Of a DNA stretch of 64,000 bases, positions 11,141 to 23,119 are shown piece by piece. Under the pieces are notes generated by a model. That model did not search any database and was not told the origin of the DNA. It saw nothing but the letters and a program-made list of their open reading frames with translations. The position numbers were made by a program, and so were the translations under genes. Location of the stretch: positions 14,260,001 through 14,324,000 of the forward strand of contig OU015566.1 of NCBI GenBank assembly GCA_907165135.1. The letters are read 5' to 3'. The DNA comes from Oikopleura dioica. Its lineage: Eukaryota > Animalia > Chordata. Position 1 is the first letter of the stretch. Each line of letters starts with the position of its first letter.

Positions 11141-12891
11141 ATGGCAGAGTCTACATCTGCGAGCTGTATCAAATGGATACTCAACATTATGAATTTGATA
11201 TTTTTCATCCTCGGCCTTGCCATGTTAGGTGTCGGCGGTTACATCTACCACCAAGTTAACAATTTCAGCGTAAGAATTCATCGAAAAAGATACCTTTTTA
11301 AATGAACTTAAGGGTACTACCTTCGATTTCCGAAATGGTGAAGTTGCGGAAATCAAAGGTAGTACCCTTAAGCTAAAACTGTATTATGAGGCATAATTTA
11401 TGCCCTTAAAACTTAGCCCAGAAAAAAATATAATTAATTAATTTCTCCTCTATCGATAATTGTTAATTGATGAAATTAATTAAGGATGTGGCATCAGACA
11501 CGTTCCAAGGAATCGCAATATTTATCCTCTGTCTCGGCGCTTTCATATTTTTGCTCTCGTTCTTCGGCTATTTTGGCACACTCAAGGAAAATGTTTGCAT
11601 GACAACTACCTACAGGTTAATAGAGCCATTAAAACCTAATCTACTTTCACGACAACGTTTATTCTCAAAACACATTGCATCTTTCATCTTCAATTTTTCA
11701 TCCTCAAAAGATAATTGCTAATTTAATTCTCTTCGTTCAAAAGTTAAAATTTTCAAGCGTGATTCTTTTGGTCCTTTTTCTCCTGGAGCTTTCCGCAGCG
11801 ATTTACGGATTTGTGCAAAAAGATGAAGTGAGCAATTCAATCAAAACCTTCGCTTTTGATGCGATGGACAGCTGGAACGAGACTGCTATTCAAAATTCCT
11901 GGAATACCATTCAGGTAGAAAATATTCAGTAAAATCCGACAGTGCTGAAAATGTCACGATTGTCACGAATGTCACGAAAACATGTTTCTTTTTCGTGGCA
12001 TTTTCAGCGAAATTGTGACATTCGTGACTTTCGTGACATTCGTGACATTTTCAGTACTGACCGAAAATGTCATTACTGTCAGAAATGTCACGAATTTCAC
12101 AAATGTCACGAATGTCAGAAAAACATGTTTCTTTTTCGTGACATTTTCAGAAAAATCGTGACATTCTTGACATTCGTGACATTTGTGAAATCTTCAGTGC
12201 TGACAGTAAAATCTTTAACAACTTTCCTTTTTTGTTGCGTGGAACTGAATTTTTCAAAATGCACGATTACTTTACTAGTAGCTAAGCTTAAGTTGTTGTA
12301 TTTTTCGCTTTCTTCTAATACGTAGCCACTTGTAGTAGTGTTTAAATTTTTCGCAAATTTCGCGAAACCTCGCTTTTAGAAATCTTTCGACTGCTGCGGC
12401 GTGGACCACTACAGAGATTGGTCAAACGCGACGGGCCATGGCGAGACATTCCTCACTTGGGCCAGCGCAAACGGTACTTACTATCGTCATTTCTCCTTAT
12501 TCTTCACAAAACCCAGTTCAACTTCTTCTCTTGTTTAGGCTGGGACCCGAACGGAACGACGCTGAACACAGAGTACCCTGTTCCCGATTCTTGCTGCGTC
12601 ACCGCCGCGGAGAACTGTGGTCTTTCTTACAACGTGAAAAACGCTACGGACGCCCTTAGACCTGCCGGAAGCGATCAAGGCTGTGCTGACGGCGTAAGTC
12701 TTTGCTGCTCCTCCTTGTAGACAGTTTCTAAAGCAGTAAAACTTTAGGTCGCGAACTGGCTGATCGACCACATCGGAATGATCGCCGGCCTGGCCGCTGG
12801 AATCGCAGTTCTAGAGCTCATCGGCGTCGTTTTCGCCTGCTACCTGGTCAAGAGCGAAGGTGGCTTCTCGGCATACGGCTATTACGCCTAA
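11141..12891 (+). CDS. Tetraspanin (multi-exon)
   Basis: TM1 MAESTSASCIKWILNIMNLIFFILGLAMLGVGGY; TM2 IFILCLGAFIFLLSFFGYFGTLKENVC; TM3 ILLVLFLLELSAAIYGF; LEL FDCCGV...VPDSCC...GC; TM4 HIGMIAGLAAGIAVLELIGVVFACYL; stop TAA 12889-12891. Confidence 0.92.
11308..11371. mobile_element. 56-bp micro-MITE with TTAA TSD in tetraspanin intron 1
   Basis: TTAA-GGGTACTACCTTCGATTTCCG...CGGAAATCAAAGGTAGTACCC-TTAA. Confidence 0.75.
11937..12205. repeat. Double palindrome built from 9-bp tgtcacgaa/ttcgtgaca units in a tetraspanin intron
   Basis: Runs of tgtcacgaa face runs of ttcgtgaca around catgtttctttttcgtg, and the whole unit is duplicated. Confidence 0.85.
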
Positions 12892-13179
12892 TTGCTTCAA
12901 AACAAACTCATCTTCAAATATGAAAAATGAAAATAGACAAACAACAAACTAAAATCAATTTTTCTTCCACGATTCCAAAACAGAAACATGAATTAGAGAT
13001 CCTCCAAAAACAAACATTATCAAGTCACAGTCAAAAAGTCAAAAAAGTCGCAATTGCTTTTTATAGAAAAAGATTGCTACCAGTAGTCATAAAAAATGTA
13101 AAAAAATCTCACCAAAAAGTTCAATGTTTTATTTTTAATTCTGAAGAAAAATGTATTGAATTGATTTAAAATTTTTAAA

Positions 13180-16100
13180 TTAAAGATCGAGTTGGATCTG
13201 TTTGCCAGAAATCTCGTTGGTCAACAAACGGCACTGGGCGGCGCTTCTCGTCGCTAGAACTTCCTCCACGAGCGTTTTTCTTGACCTGGAGCGGCCAAAG
13301 CCCTTCATGAGGATTTTTTCTCGCTTGACTTTGAATTTCTCCTTCGCGATCAAACCTCCAGCGAGCTTCAACACCCTACAACAGTTTTGAAAGAGCGGGA
13401 GCTACCTCTTCGACTACCTCTTTTTGCCCTGGTCCATGCTGTTGGATCTGATTTGAACGCAAATCTGCGAGCTGGTAATCCACTGAGGCGGTTTTCCCTT
13501 CGCTGTCCCGTCCTTCTTGCCACAAATGGTTAGCACATTCTGCTTGCCTTTCGCGTTGATTTCTTTGATTTCGACGAATTCTCCATCGGCCTTGCAGTCC
13601 TTGGCAGCGTCGAGTTTGATTTCTCCAACGGCCATAACTGCGATTTCTCCCTAATTCAAGAAATAATTTATTTTTGGAAGAGGAACAAATTGATTGTTCT
13701 TCGAGGAAAGTATTTATAACTCCATACCTCGTTGCGCGCGCGCCAGCACCAGCAACAATTCAAGTTATTTCCGTAGCTCTTTGAAAAGATCGTTCCCTCT
13801 TCGGGCATGATGCTCTCGCAGGTTCCAGACACCAGGGAGGTCGGATTTGATGGTTGAAGCTTCTTGTTCTTCTTGTTTTTCTTCTTGTCCTTTTTGGCTT
13901 GTTTCTTTCCTTTTTTGTTCTTCTTCTTTTTCTTTCGTTCGGGAATCGTTGTCGTCGTCGTCGTTGTCGTCGTTGTTGTTGTAGTTGTCGTTGTGGTAGT
14001 TGTAGTCGTTGTAGTGGTAGTTGTTGTTGTTGTGGTTGTGGTTGTGGTCGTGGTTGTGGTCGTGGTAGTTTTGGTCTTCAGTGCGACAGAATGGGTCGAG
14101 TCGAAAAGGCCACAAGTAGCAGTCCCATCAGATCGGAAATCCCAAGGTTTAACGTTCGACTTGAGTCCTGTTTTAAAAAAATTTAATTTTTGAATTTCCA
14201 AGTGGTTAATGCTCTTTGCAAGATCATCTAACCTGTAAGCTGATGGATCCACTCCTCGTAGTTGGAGACGCGCGTGTACACGCCCGGGCGGCGGAAGTAG
14301 CCACAGCCGACTCCCCAAGAGACGATGCCATAGGCGATCCAGGGTCCGTCTTCGGATATGCGGCAGGAAAGTGGTCCTCCTGAATCGCCCTTTTCATCGA
14401 GATCAAGAACTTGATGCTTCTCAAGTGTCATTTCTAATTATCCGCGCTGCGCACTCACCAAACCGTGAACTAAAACTGGCGCTAGAAAAAAAAACGTCGC
14501 CTTTCGAGGATTTTTTTCTTTATTATTTTTTCCGCGTCAAGGCGCGGGGGCTTCTGTTTAATCTTCTAATCTAATCAGGTGTCAAATCCAATGCTCTCTC
14601 AATGAGCGAGGCGCTAATTAAATCATGATTCTAGCGTCATAATAATTCTCATTCTCTGATCCTGACAAGCGTCCATGAATCCTTTCTCATGACCGGCGCA
14701 GACCATGTTGTGACTGTACATTTTTCTGTAGTAGAGGTTCTTGAAGTTGCCTTCCTCCCACGGGTCCGGGTTTGCGCAGAAATCATTGTTGAGGATGTTG
14801 ACAGGTGCTTACACGGAGTTTAGCTTCAATTCGATTCGATTTGAGCCGAAATTATCTCTTATCAAAACTCAAAAAACAAGAAAGCCAACATGTTCGACAC
14901 GGCTTTTTGATTAAAATTGTTAGACAGTAGTTATTTTCCCGTCACTTGAAGATCGCTAGAATTAATCGCGAGGAGAATCGTTGATTATCGCGCAATAATC
15001 AACGCTAGCTAACCCGTTCCTTCTTGCAAAACAGCGGGATAGTCAGAATCGGCTGAAGAATCACGGTTGGTGTTGCCCCAGCCAGAGACGACGCACTGAG
15101 TGTTATCCGGAAGACAAGTTTCTTGAGAAGGAAGACAAGCTGGTGACGTCTTATCGTCGAACTGAAGTGGAACTCGAAGGCGGACCAAGGCGATGTCGTT
15201 GTTGTAAGGAGTCGGCTATTTCTCGGTTTTGGAACTTTTGAAATTTTTCGAACAAAAATTTTCGAATTTTTCGAATTTTCGATTTTTTCGAATTTTCGAG
15301 TTTTTCGAATTTTCAAATTTTTCGAATTTTTCGAATTTTCGAATTTTCGAATTTTTCGAAGGAAAAATAAAAACGAATCCTCTTTCGCGAGTTTAATGTC
15401 GAATCTTGACTCGAGATAGCAGTTGTTTTTATCCATAACGCAATAATTAATCCTAAGTATCTTTGAAAAAAGTAAAAATCCGGGATGAGGAAAGGTCGCT
15501 TTTTTCGATAAGCTCAGCAAGAATCATACAAAAGAGGCGCTATTTAGTAATCATACGTTGCACCTAAAAGTACGTCTCCACTTAAAAACCGAGGCTTGTG
15601 GAAGTTGGGGTGAACAGTGACATAGTTCTGTGACAGGGAAGCGATTCGCGCTCCTTTTGGCCTTTCCAGATTGTGGAGGCCGAAGATAACTGAAAGAGTA
15701 ACAATTATAGAAGCGATAAAAATCAACCTTTGAAGTTGTATAAATTCTGTTCGGTCGCTGCCTGCTCTGCTCGCTCAGCTTCTTCCCTTTCAAATCCAAT
15801 TGTTCGTAACTCCTCGTCGTCCAAGTCCGCTACTCGCTCTCCCGACTTTTTTAAGACGGTCATCATCATTTTTTGACGAATTCAGAATTGTCAAAGTTTG
15901 CGCGTACACTCAAAATGTAAAAAATTATTCAACAAGAACTAGAAGGACTCGGAATAGATGATAATCGCCCTTGGAAAAGGGGCTCTTTGTATTCAAAACG
16001 ACCATTTCCTTATTCAGTATGGCGAGTCCAGCCATAAGCTGACCCGAGCGGCCTTTCCATTTCTGGCCTGGGATGCAGTGCGCAGCGGTGAGAAGCCAGG

Positions 16101-18042
16101 TTGGGTGGATCATGATTGCGCCGCAATCCCACTCGTCGAAGGAGAGGAAGATTTGCCAAGGCCACGAGTGGGGCTGAGCGTCGTTTCCGCCGATGACTCG
16201 GCCCATCATTACTGGTGGATCGAATACGAATCGGTTGTCTTTGCCCTAGTAAGGGGTATTATGTTGAGTAGTAGTTTCTTTATCATTTAGAAAATTTTTT
16301 AAATTTTTTTAAAAATTTTTTGAAATTTTTTTGAATTTTTTTTGAAATTTTTTTGAAATTTTTTTGAAATTTTTTTGAAATTTTTTTGAAAATTTTTTGA
16401 AATTTTTCTGAATGTATTTTTTTTTAATTTTTTGAAAATTTTTTTTGCGAAAAATACCTGGTTTTCTTCTAACTGCTGAATATCGGAATTGGAAAGCTTA
16501 TTCCAGAATCCATCTTCCTCGCTCGGATCCAGATCAAGCGGTTTAGATTGAAACTTTGGCCCCCTGGATCTGCCAAAGCCAGAAACAATATCTTTGGTGT
16601 TATTGTGGAAGCGCGGCGTGAGATCAGCCTCAAAGACCAATTCTTCCTCCGCATCGATGTTCTCGAAGCCGGCGTCTGTCAAATCGACCTTGTCATTTTT
16701 CGCCGCGCGGTTGGCGAATTTATTCTTTTTGTTTTTGAACTCGGGGTGGGTCTCGTAGACTTCTTTCATCATTTCGTACCAGTCGGCGGGCGCTAGAACC
16801 ATTTTTATTTACAGAACGAGCGAGAGCTGTCCTACCATTTTTCTTCGACACTTTTTCGAGTAGCCCTTCAGTGTGGTCGTAAACCGGACGGCCGCACTTG
16901 TCCGCCGCCTGCGACATTGTGATATCGCCCCTTTCACGTCCGCAGATGTAAGGGTGAATGTCCGAAACCATTCCTAAAATGTTTACCTTCAAAACTTTGC
17001 TGAGCTTTCTAATCTAACCTGCTGTCGTCATGAGCCAATCCGAAGAGCTCTCGATCGTGCTGAACAAAGCCGGTCGTTTTACTTCTTCTCCCTTTCTTGA
17101 GCACGATTCTGGAAGCGACTCGATTCCAGAGACGATCCAAGGTCCATCTGGCCGGCGACAGTAGAGCATCGCCCCGCCTGGTCGCCAGTCACAAATCTTG
17201 TTTTCCGTAATTTCGCGGCTCCCAGCGCAGGTAAAGTAGCTGCCAAAATAAAGAGGGTCGATACTTTCATCTTCAAACTCGTTTTTGCACTTTGAAAAAT
17301 GCATCGACTTGAATTTGGGTCAACAAGTTCTTGTTTTTAAAAAATCGAATTATCGCTAGACTCAATTTTCTAGTAGCAATAATGGTTTTTCGAAATACCG
17401 TACTAATTGTAAGGCGAAAGAAAAAACATTGATGAAAATATTTATACTAGAGTTGTTTCTTTTGAAATGAGCGAGTGATCGGTAATCGAATTATTGTTTG
17501 AATTAACCTGTTGGTGTCATTTTTTTGTCGAGTGTTATTTCGCTCCGTTTAACCCGTTTTCCTGAACCGGTCTAACAACTGCTTTTCCATTTCTATTGAG
17601 TCCTACGGACGCGCAAACGGTCGTAGTAGGGAAGCAACTAGCATGAGAGCCTTCATTTCCAAAACAAGCTGGAAAAGGATAAGGAGCGGAAATGCCATTT
17701 TGGCTCACCTGGTTGGAGAGGCTCAGCTCTAGCAAAGTCCATGGCTACTTGAGTTTTGACCAGAGCAATGTCTTTCTTTGGGAAGTCAAAGTCCGGGTGC
17801 ACCTGAAGATCCACAACAGCCAATAATTTTTCATTGTAATCGGAAAGGCGGACAACTCCGGGAGCAGCTTTGATCTGCGCGTCGGCAAAGTCCCAGCCTT
17901 CTTTGAGCACGCAACTGGCGCTTGTGACGATCCAGTTTTCGCTCAAAACAGAGCCGGAGCAAAGCCACTTTTTGCCATTGTTCTTGACGACGATCGCGGC
18001 GAGGGAAGGAAAGTTGCCTGCTTCAGCTTCCAAGCGGCCCAT
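13180..18042 (-). CDS. Multidomain S1A serine protease: inactive trypsin-like domain, linker, active trypsin domain, poly-Thr/poly-Lys linker, CUB domain (ovochymase/polyserase-like); 5' end unresolved (possibly to ~18400)
   Basis: Domain 1: [37 protein letters not shown]. Domain 2: RVIGG, LTAAHC, YNNDIAL, DACQ|[15 protein letters not shown]. Then 41 Thr and a CUB-like CCWCW...TICG...QIRSN segment. Confidence 0.88.
13947..14069 (-). repeat. ACN codon repeat encoding 41 consecutive Thr
   Basis: Uninterrupted mixed ACN codons in ORF 13668-14318, followed by a Lys-rich stretch. Confidence 0.95.
15240..15362. repeat. Intronic (a)attttcg minisatellite with phased T-tracts
   Basis: 8-9-bp unit aatttt(t)cg. 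A similar array lies at 41060-41235. Confidence 0.85.
16290..16445. repeat. Intronic ~11-bp tttttttgaaa tandem array
   Basis: Direct reading of lines 16261-16441. Confidence 0.9.
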
Positions 18043-18859
18043 GTCGACGAATTGTTGGAAGTAGTCGGGTTCTTCTAGCGATCTGTCGCGAAGCTAAAAA
18101 AGTAAAAGTTTCAATCGGATTATTTTTTGAATATTTGAAATTTTTGAAGCCAGTGGAACGAGAATTACACGCATATAAGTAGTTCTAGTTCGGAGTAACA
18201 AAAGAACTGGTCCTTGGAATTCTTTTCTTTTGAAAAAAATCAAATGTAGAAAAAAGAGAGATGAAAAAACAACGTCTCGCGCGGCGATTTTCTTTTTCAA
18301 GTCGTTTTCTGCTTCGGCGAAGAAATTTTTGATCCAGTTGGATTGAGCCTCGCCGCCGATTAAAACAATATTGGAACAAGTGGATCAGGTCAGACATAAA
18401 TTCAATCCATTACCCAACGGAGCCTCGCAAGCCTCCACGGACAGATGTTCGCGGAAAAACATGGACGATTTCAAATAACTCGTTCAAAAATTTTTTCTAA
18501 CACCCCCTTTTTTTGTGCTCATTTGAAAGAGCGTGAAAAACTGGTCCAGAAAATGCTGGTCTTATCATCGGTGACGTCACGAGTGGCGCGCGGGCGCCCC
18601 CTAAAGGTCTAATTAGGTCAATTGCGGGCTACGCGATTTCTCCGGTCATGCATATCGCACATGCATGGTTAGCATCTAGAATTGATCGTCGTGAGCAGGG
18701 CTACATGTCCCGGCCAAAATCGTCAAAATCGGACCACGTCTTCACCAGCTGGTTGACCGGCAAATATCTCAAAATGACAAAATCACTTACTTTTGATAAA
18801 GGCAACCTACCGATGGAAGTAGGGGGTTGCCCCGGACTCGAGCCCGAATTACTGCCGTA

Positions 18860-19890
18860 TTCGGCCACTAAGTGCCGGAGGACCTCCCTGAGGACTCCTC
18901 TGCTGGAAGAAAAGCTGCTGGAAGACTAATATTAAAATATATAAATACAAATAAAATTTAAAGCCATGATTGGCTAGTAATTGCCGTATTCAGCAACTAA
19001 GTGCCGGAGGACCTCCCGGAGGACCCTCTGCTGGAAGAAAAGCTGCTGGAAGACCAATTTTTAAAAATAAAAATACAAATATAAAGCCTGGATTGGCTAA
19101 ATATTGTCTAATAAGCCGCATTTAGCTACTTTTGCCGGATGACCTCCCGGAGGACCCGCCAACTGAAAAACCGACTGCTCGTAAGCCAATATTTAGAAAA
19201 AATAAATAAAAAGCCTTGCCACAATTGGCAAAACTCGATCACTTTAGTTCATATGACAGTTCATACTTTTCAATCAGACTCAAAGCGAAGCCGACCCGAA
19301 GGGAGGCCAATCCCGTTCATTCTTTTCAATCAGAGTAAATGCGAAGCCGACCCGAAGGGAGGCCGCGCCTTCATTCCTTTCAATCAGACTCAGGGCGAAG
19401 CCGACCCGAAGGGAGGCCACGCCCGTTCATTCTTTTAAATCAGAGTAAGGGCGAAGCCAATCCGAAGGGGACGCCAATCCCGTTCATTCTTTTCAATCAG
19501 AGTAAGGGCGAAGCCGACCCGAAGCTCCTCTGGTGGAAGAAAAGCTGCTGGAAGACTTATATTAAAAATATAAATACATATAAAATTTAAAGCCATGATT
19601 GGCTAGTTATTGCCGTATTCAGCCACTAAGTGCCAGGCGACGGTTAGGCTTCGCCCTTACTCTGATTTAAAAGAATGAACGGGATTGGCCTCGCCTTCGG
19701 GTCGGCTTCGCCCTTACTCTGATTTAAAAGAATGAACGGGCGTGGCCTCCTTCGGGTTGGCTTCGCCCTGACTCTGATTGAAAGGAATGAAGGCGCGGCC
19801 TCCCCTTCGGGTCGGCTTCGCATTTACTCTGATTGAAAAGAATGAACGGGATTGGCCTCTCTTCGGGTCGGCTTCGCCCTGACTCTGATT
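18860..19890. mobile_element. Rearranged relative of the internal part of the 5850-9128 element (130-bp units + hairpin array + inverted copy)
   Basis: ccggaggacctcccggaggacc...ggaagaaaagctgctggaagac units at 18875-19150 and ~19527. The gcgaagccgacccgaagggaggcc array at 19280-19520 is mirrored at 19640-19890. Confidence 0.7.
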
Positions 19891-20238
19891 TTAGTCATTG
19901 ACTTGTTCAGTTTTTTGCCGCGCTCGTCATTAATCTTAAACTGTGGCTGCGCTGTGATGATGTAAATTTAACGGGAAGCGAGCTTGAATCTGCGAATTAA
20001 ACTAAAGAAAGGTCCTTTGTTTTAGTTGTTTTGAGGTCGAGCGGTCCAAGAACTGGACAGTGTATAAAAATCATGTAAGGCTCAATTTCCGAAACCGCAA
20101 TTGACAATTGTGATAAATTCTTTTTCTGCAGAAGCTCATTAATTTTAAATGAAACTAAAAACAAGTCTCAAAAAATGTGATATTGTAAATATCATCTTGA
20201 AGTTCTTGGGCCGCTGAGGGGCTATGGGGCTCTATGAG

Positions 20239-20400
20239 CCAATCAGATGCCGGTATTTTCTGTCTCAGCCAATCAAAATCCTCCATCTTTTGTCTTAGCC
20301 AATCAGAAGCCGGTATCTTTTGTCTAAGCCAATCAGAAGCCAGTATTTTCTGTCTCAGCCAATCAAAAGCCTGTATCTTTCGTCTAAGCCAATCAGAGAG
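20239..20400 (+). repeat. 30-bp tandem array of CCAAT boxes (6 copies)
   Basis: CCAAT at 20239, 20269, 20299, 20329, 20359 and 20389, in agCCAATca context. Confidence 0.92.
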
Positions 20401-21149
20401 GAGGAAACCTCTCAGGACCCCGTACCTCTCAGTTTTTGGCTATTCTAGCATCACAGACTGTAGCTACCATGATGTCTTCTTACAGTCTTATCACGTGACT
20501 ATTCACGTTGTTCTGCAATGTTGATTTATTTTCCAACCCTGTAGCCCAACTTATTAATTTTCCATCTGGAAATTGACAAATTTCATGTTTGTTTGAAAAT
20601 ATCTTGTGACATAATTACAAGTGCTTCTCATGTTTCTCACGTCGCTTAATTTCTAGCTGGCTAGATGTAAAACTGTAGGAGGTCAGTTGCAGGCACACAG
20701 GGCGCTAGAATGAAAACAAGCGGAGAATACGGAGTATTGAGCAACTATTTTTTTAATACGGGATTAGAGCGAGATAAGCTCCGCCCTCGAGAGTCGCAAA
20801 TTATCCTCTCAATAATCTCAGCCAGCCTCAATCCAACGTGAAAACCGACTACTGTCATTGCCAGTCAAAACTCAAAACGACGGGAAATGAATAAGAAGGA
20901 AGCTCGCTTGACGGAACTACCAACTTAATTTGAACTTATCTGAACGCGGCGATTCTCCGCGCACAAATCCGATTCAGGACTTCAAAAATTTTTTAGAAAT
21001 TGACATCTAAAATCTCAAATGAAAAAAAAAATAAGAATATTTTTTAAAATTATCAACAATTAAAATTATTTTTTAAAAATATTAAAAAAAAAATTGAATA
21101 AATAAAAAAGTTTTATTTATTAATTTTTTGAATTATTTAAAAAAATAAT

Positions 21150-21493
21150 TTAAGGACCCCCCCCGTCAACAAATTTCTTCAAAAAATCGAAAATTTCAAA
21201 ACAACCATATTTTGGCTTCTTAGTGTGCCTAGAAGTTCAATACGTCATAAAAACTTGTTCTGACCACTTTTTGACCAACGAAAATCTGAAATTTCAGCAA
21301 AATTGGGACTTTTTCGTCATTTTTCGTCAAAAGTCCAATTTTCAAACGCGATTTTGAGGGTATTAGAGTCGAGATAGACCCCCAAAAAATGAAGCCTCAA
21401 AATCGTTTTTTGACCTGTAGAATCCATTTCCGGGGTCAAAATTATGAGATTCCGAAAATAGATTTTTCGAAAATTGTTGACGGGGGTCCTTAA
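21150..21493. mobile_element. 336-bp MITE, TTAA TSD, GGACCCC..GTCAAC TIR
   Basis: TTAA-GGACCCCCCCCGTCAACAAATTT ... AAATTGTTGACGGGGGTCC-TTAA. Related ends occur at ~34590 and ~36857. Confidence 0.8.
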
Positions 21494-22937
21494 AATAATA
21501 ATTTTTATAAATTTTTCTTTAAATAAAATTATTTATAGCGTAAAATAATCTTTTTATGATTTTTAATGAAAAAGAAGCGAACTTTGGAAGCAGCGCCAAT
21601 TAGCGATTCTTGATTAGTTAGTTTATCATTTATTTTATAAAGAGGGTGCGAGGCGGATTTTCGTGCAAGCTGGTGGCCCTTTCCTGGACACTTCTAAAAT
21701 ATCGGGAGTGGCCTCCTTTTTTGGCTAATTTGAGAATGTAAATATCCTCTTTTCAATTCCCTGAACCTTCTAAAATCGCCGATGGAAGTACAGGATGCGC
21801 TAAGTGCAAACTTTTTCAGCTCTTTTTTCCCAAAGCATGGCGTAATAATCGTAGTTTGCAATGTTTGAAAATATTTTACGGCGGACATTTTTCCAATTCG
21901 CAAATTGCAAATCGCTAAATTGCAAGACTTCTGGAATCTTTTTCAAGAATCGAGTTTTTTCGCGGCATTTTTTCCCACAGACCATTTTTTTAATTGACTT
22001 TTTATCGTCTATTTTGATAGAAAAGCCGGCAGAATCGACGGAAAATATTGAAAACACACATTTAACAAACCAAAAATCGACAAATGAAGATTTTTTGTCA
22101 AGTCGGAATGCTTTTCTTCGACATATAAAAAGAGCGAAGAAACCGTTTTTATTCGAAAAAATGATGAAATTCAAAATTTTGTTAACCCTCACCCTCTTTT
22201 TGAGCATGAGTACAGCTGAGCACGAACTGGATTGGAAAAGCAAAGCGATGAAAAATACATGGAAAAGTACTTTCAAGCCAAACTGCTGAGAGACTTCTCA
22301 AAACTCGAAGTAAGCTAGAGTCACTTTTTTAAAATTTGAATTCGCGGTCACGTGTTTTCAGAAATTGAGAGAAGATGATTTCCCGAAGGAAGAAAAATGC
22401 GATCCACTCAATTTTTCTGTCGATCAGATATCAATTCTTTCACTCAATAAAGAATCATTTTAAGCTTAAAATTAAAAAAAAAATTATTTAATTGTTAAAA
22501 TTTCTTTCATAATAAAATGCTCTTCTTTTACAACTGAATTTGAATGAACATTCTAACCGACAAAAATCCAATTTGAGAGAATTTCAATTTTGAGAGGATA
22601 AATTTGCCGCCGGATTCTAAACCGCATAATGTGTAGCTTGTTATACGTTCTCTCTCGTCCGTAAAATTGCAACCTTTCAATGCCCTGCTCGTCCGTTTCC
22701 GCATTCTACCTATCAACCCACTTTTTCTCTCTCAAAAGGGAGCCCTGCTAATAACCCCTATTCATTTTTGACCCAGAACATTTAACATTCCATCAGTGTG
22801 TTTTTGTCCACGTGCTGAGGTCAGCAACCTTTGAGGAAAACCTGAGTCAGGGTCTAAAAACGCCGAATGAGAAGTCGCATCGCGGCTTTTTCAAGAAACA
22901 AAGCAGCAGGAGGTAAACACTGTACAGGTTAAAGTAA

Positions 22938-23119
22938 ACCTGCCTCAATGGGTTAAGGCGCTCGATTGAAGGTAAGAAATCGAAAAGCCGCTTGCGGCTT
23001 TGAGTACGCAGTACTGAAGCCGCGCTTCGCGCGGCTTTTGTACTTTCTTTCGCTCAAAGCCGCAAGCGGCTTTTCTATTTCTTACCTTCAATCGAGCGCC
23101 TTAACCCATTGAGGCAGGT
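22938..23119. mobile_element. Branched palindromic element with three internal AAGCCGC/GCGGCTT hairpins, flanked by a 19-bp direct repeat
   Basis: 43-bp perfect outer arms (acctgcctcaatgggttaaggcgctcgattgaaggtaagaaat). Direct repeat acactgtacaggttaaagt at 22917-22935 and 23122-23140. Confidence 0.85.

Noticed and set aside
11942-12325. Cys/His-rich ORF resembling a metal-binding protein
   Set aside because: It is a translation of the 9-bp intronic repeat. ORFs at 20234-20524, 47875-48081, 40952-41401 and the repeat-derived part of 15005-15520 are the same kind of artefact.
13854-14193. Poly-Val and Cys/Gly-rich plus-strand ORFs
   Set aside because: They are antisense or alternative-frame shadows of the poly-Thr codon repeat.
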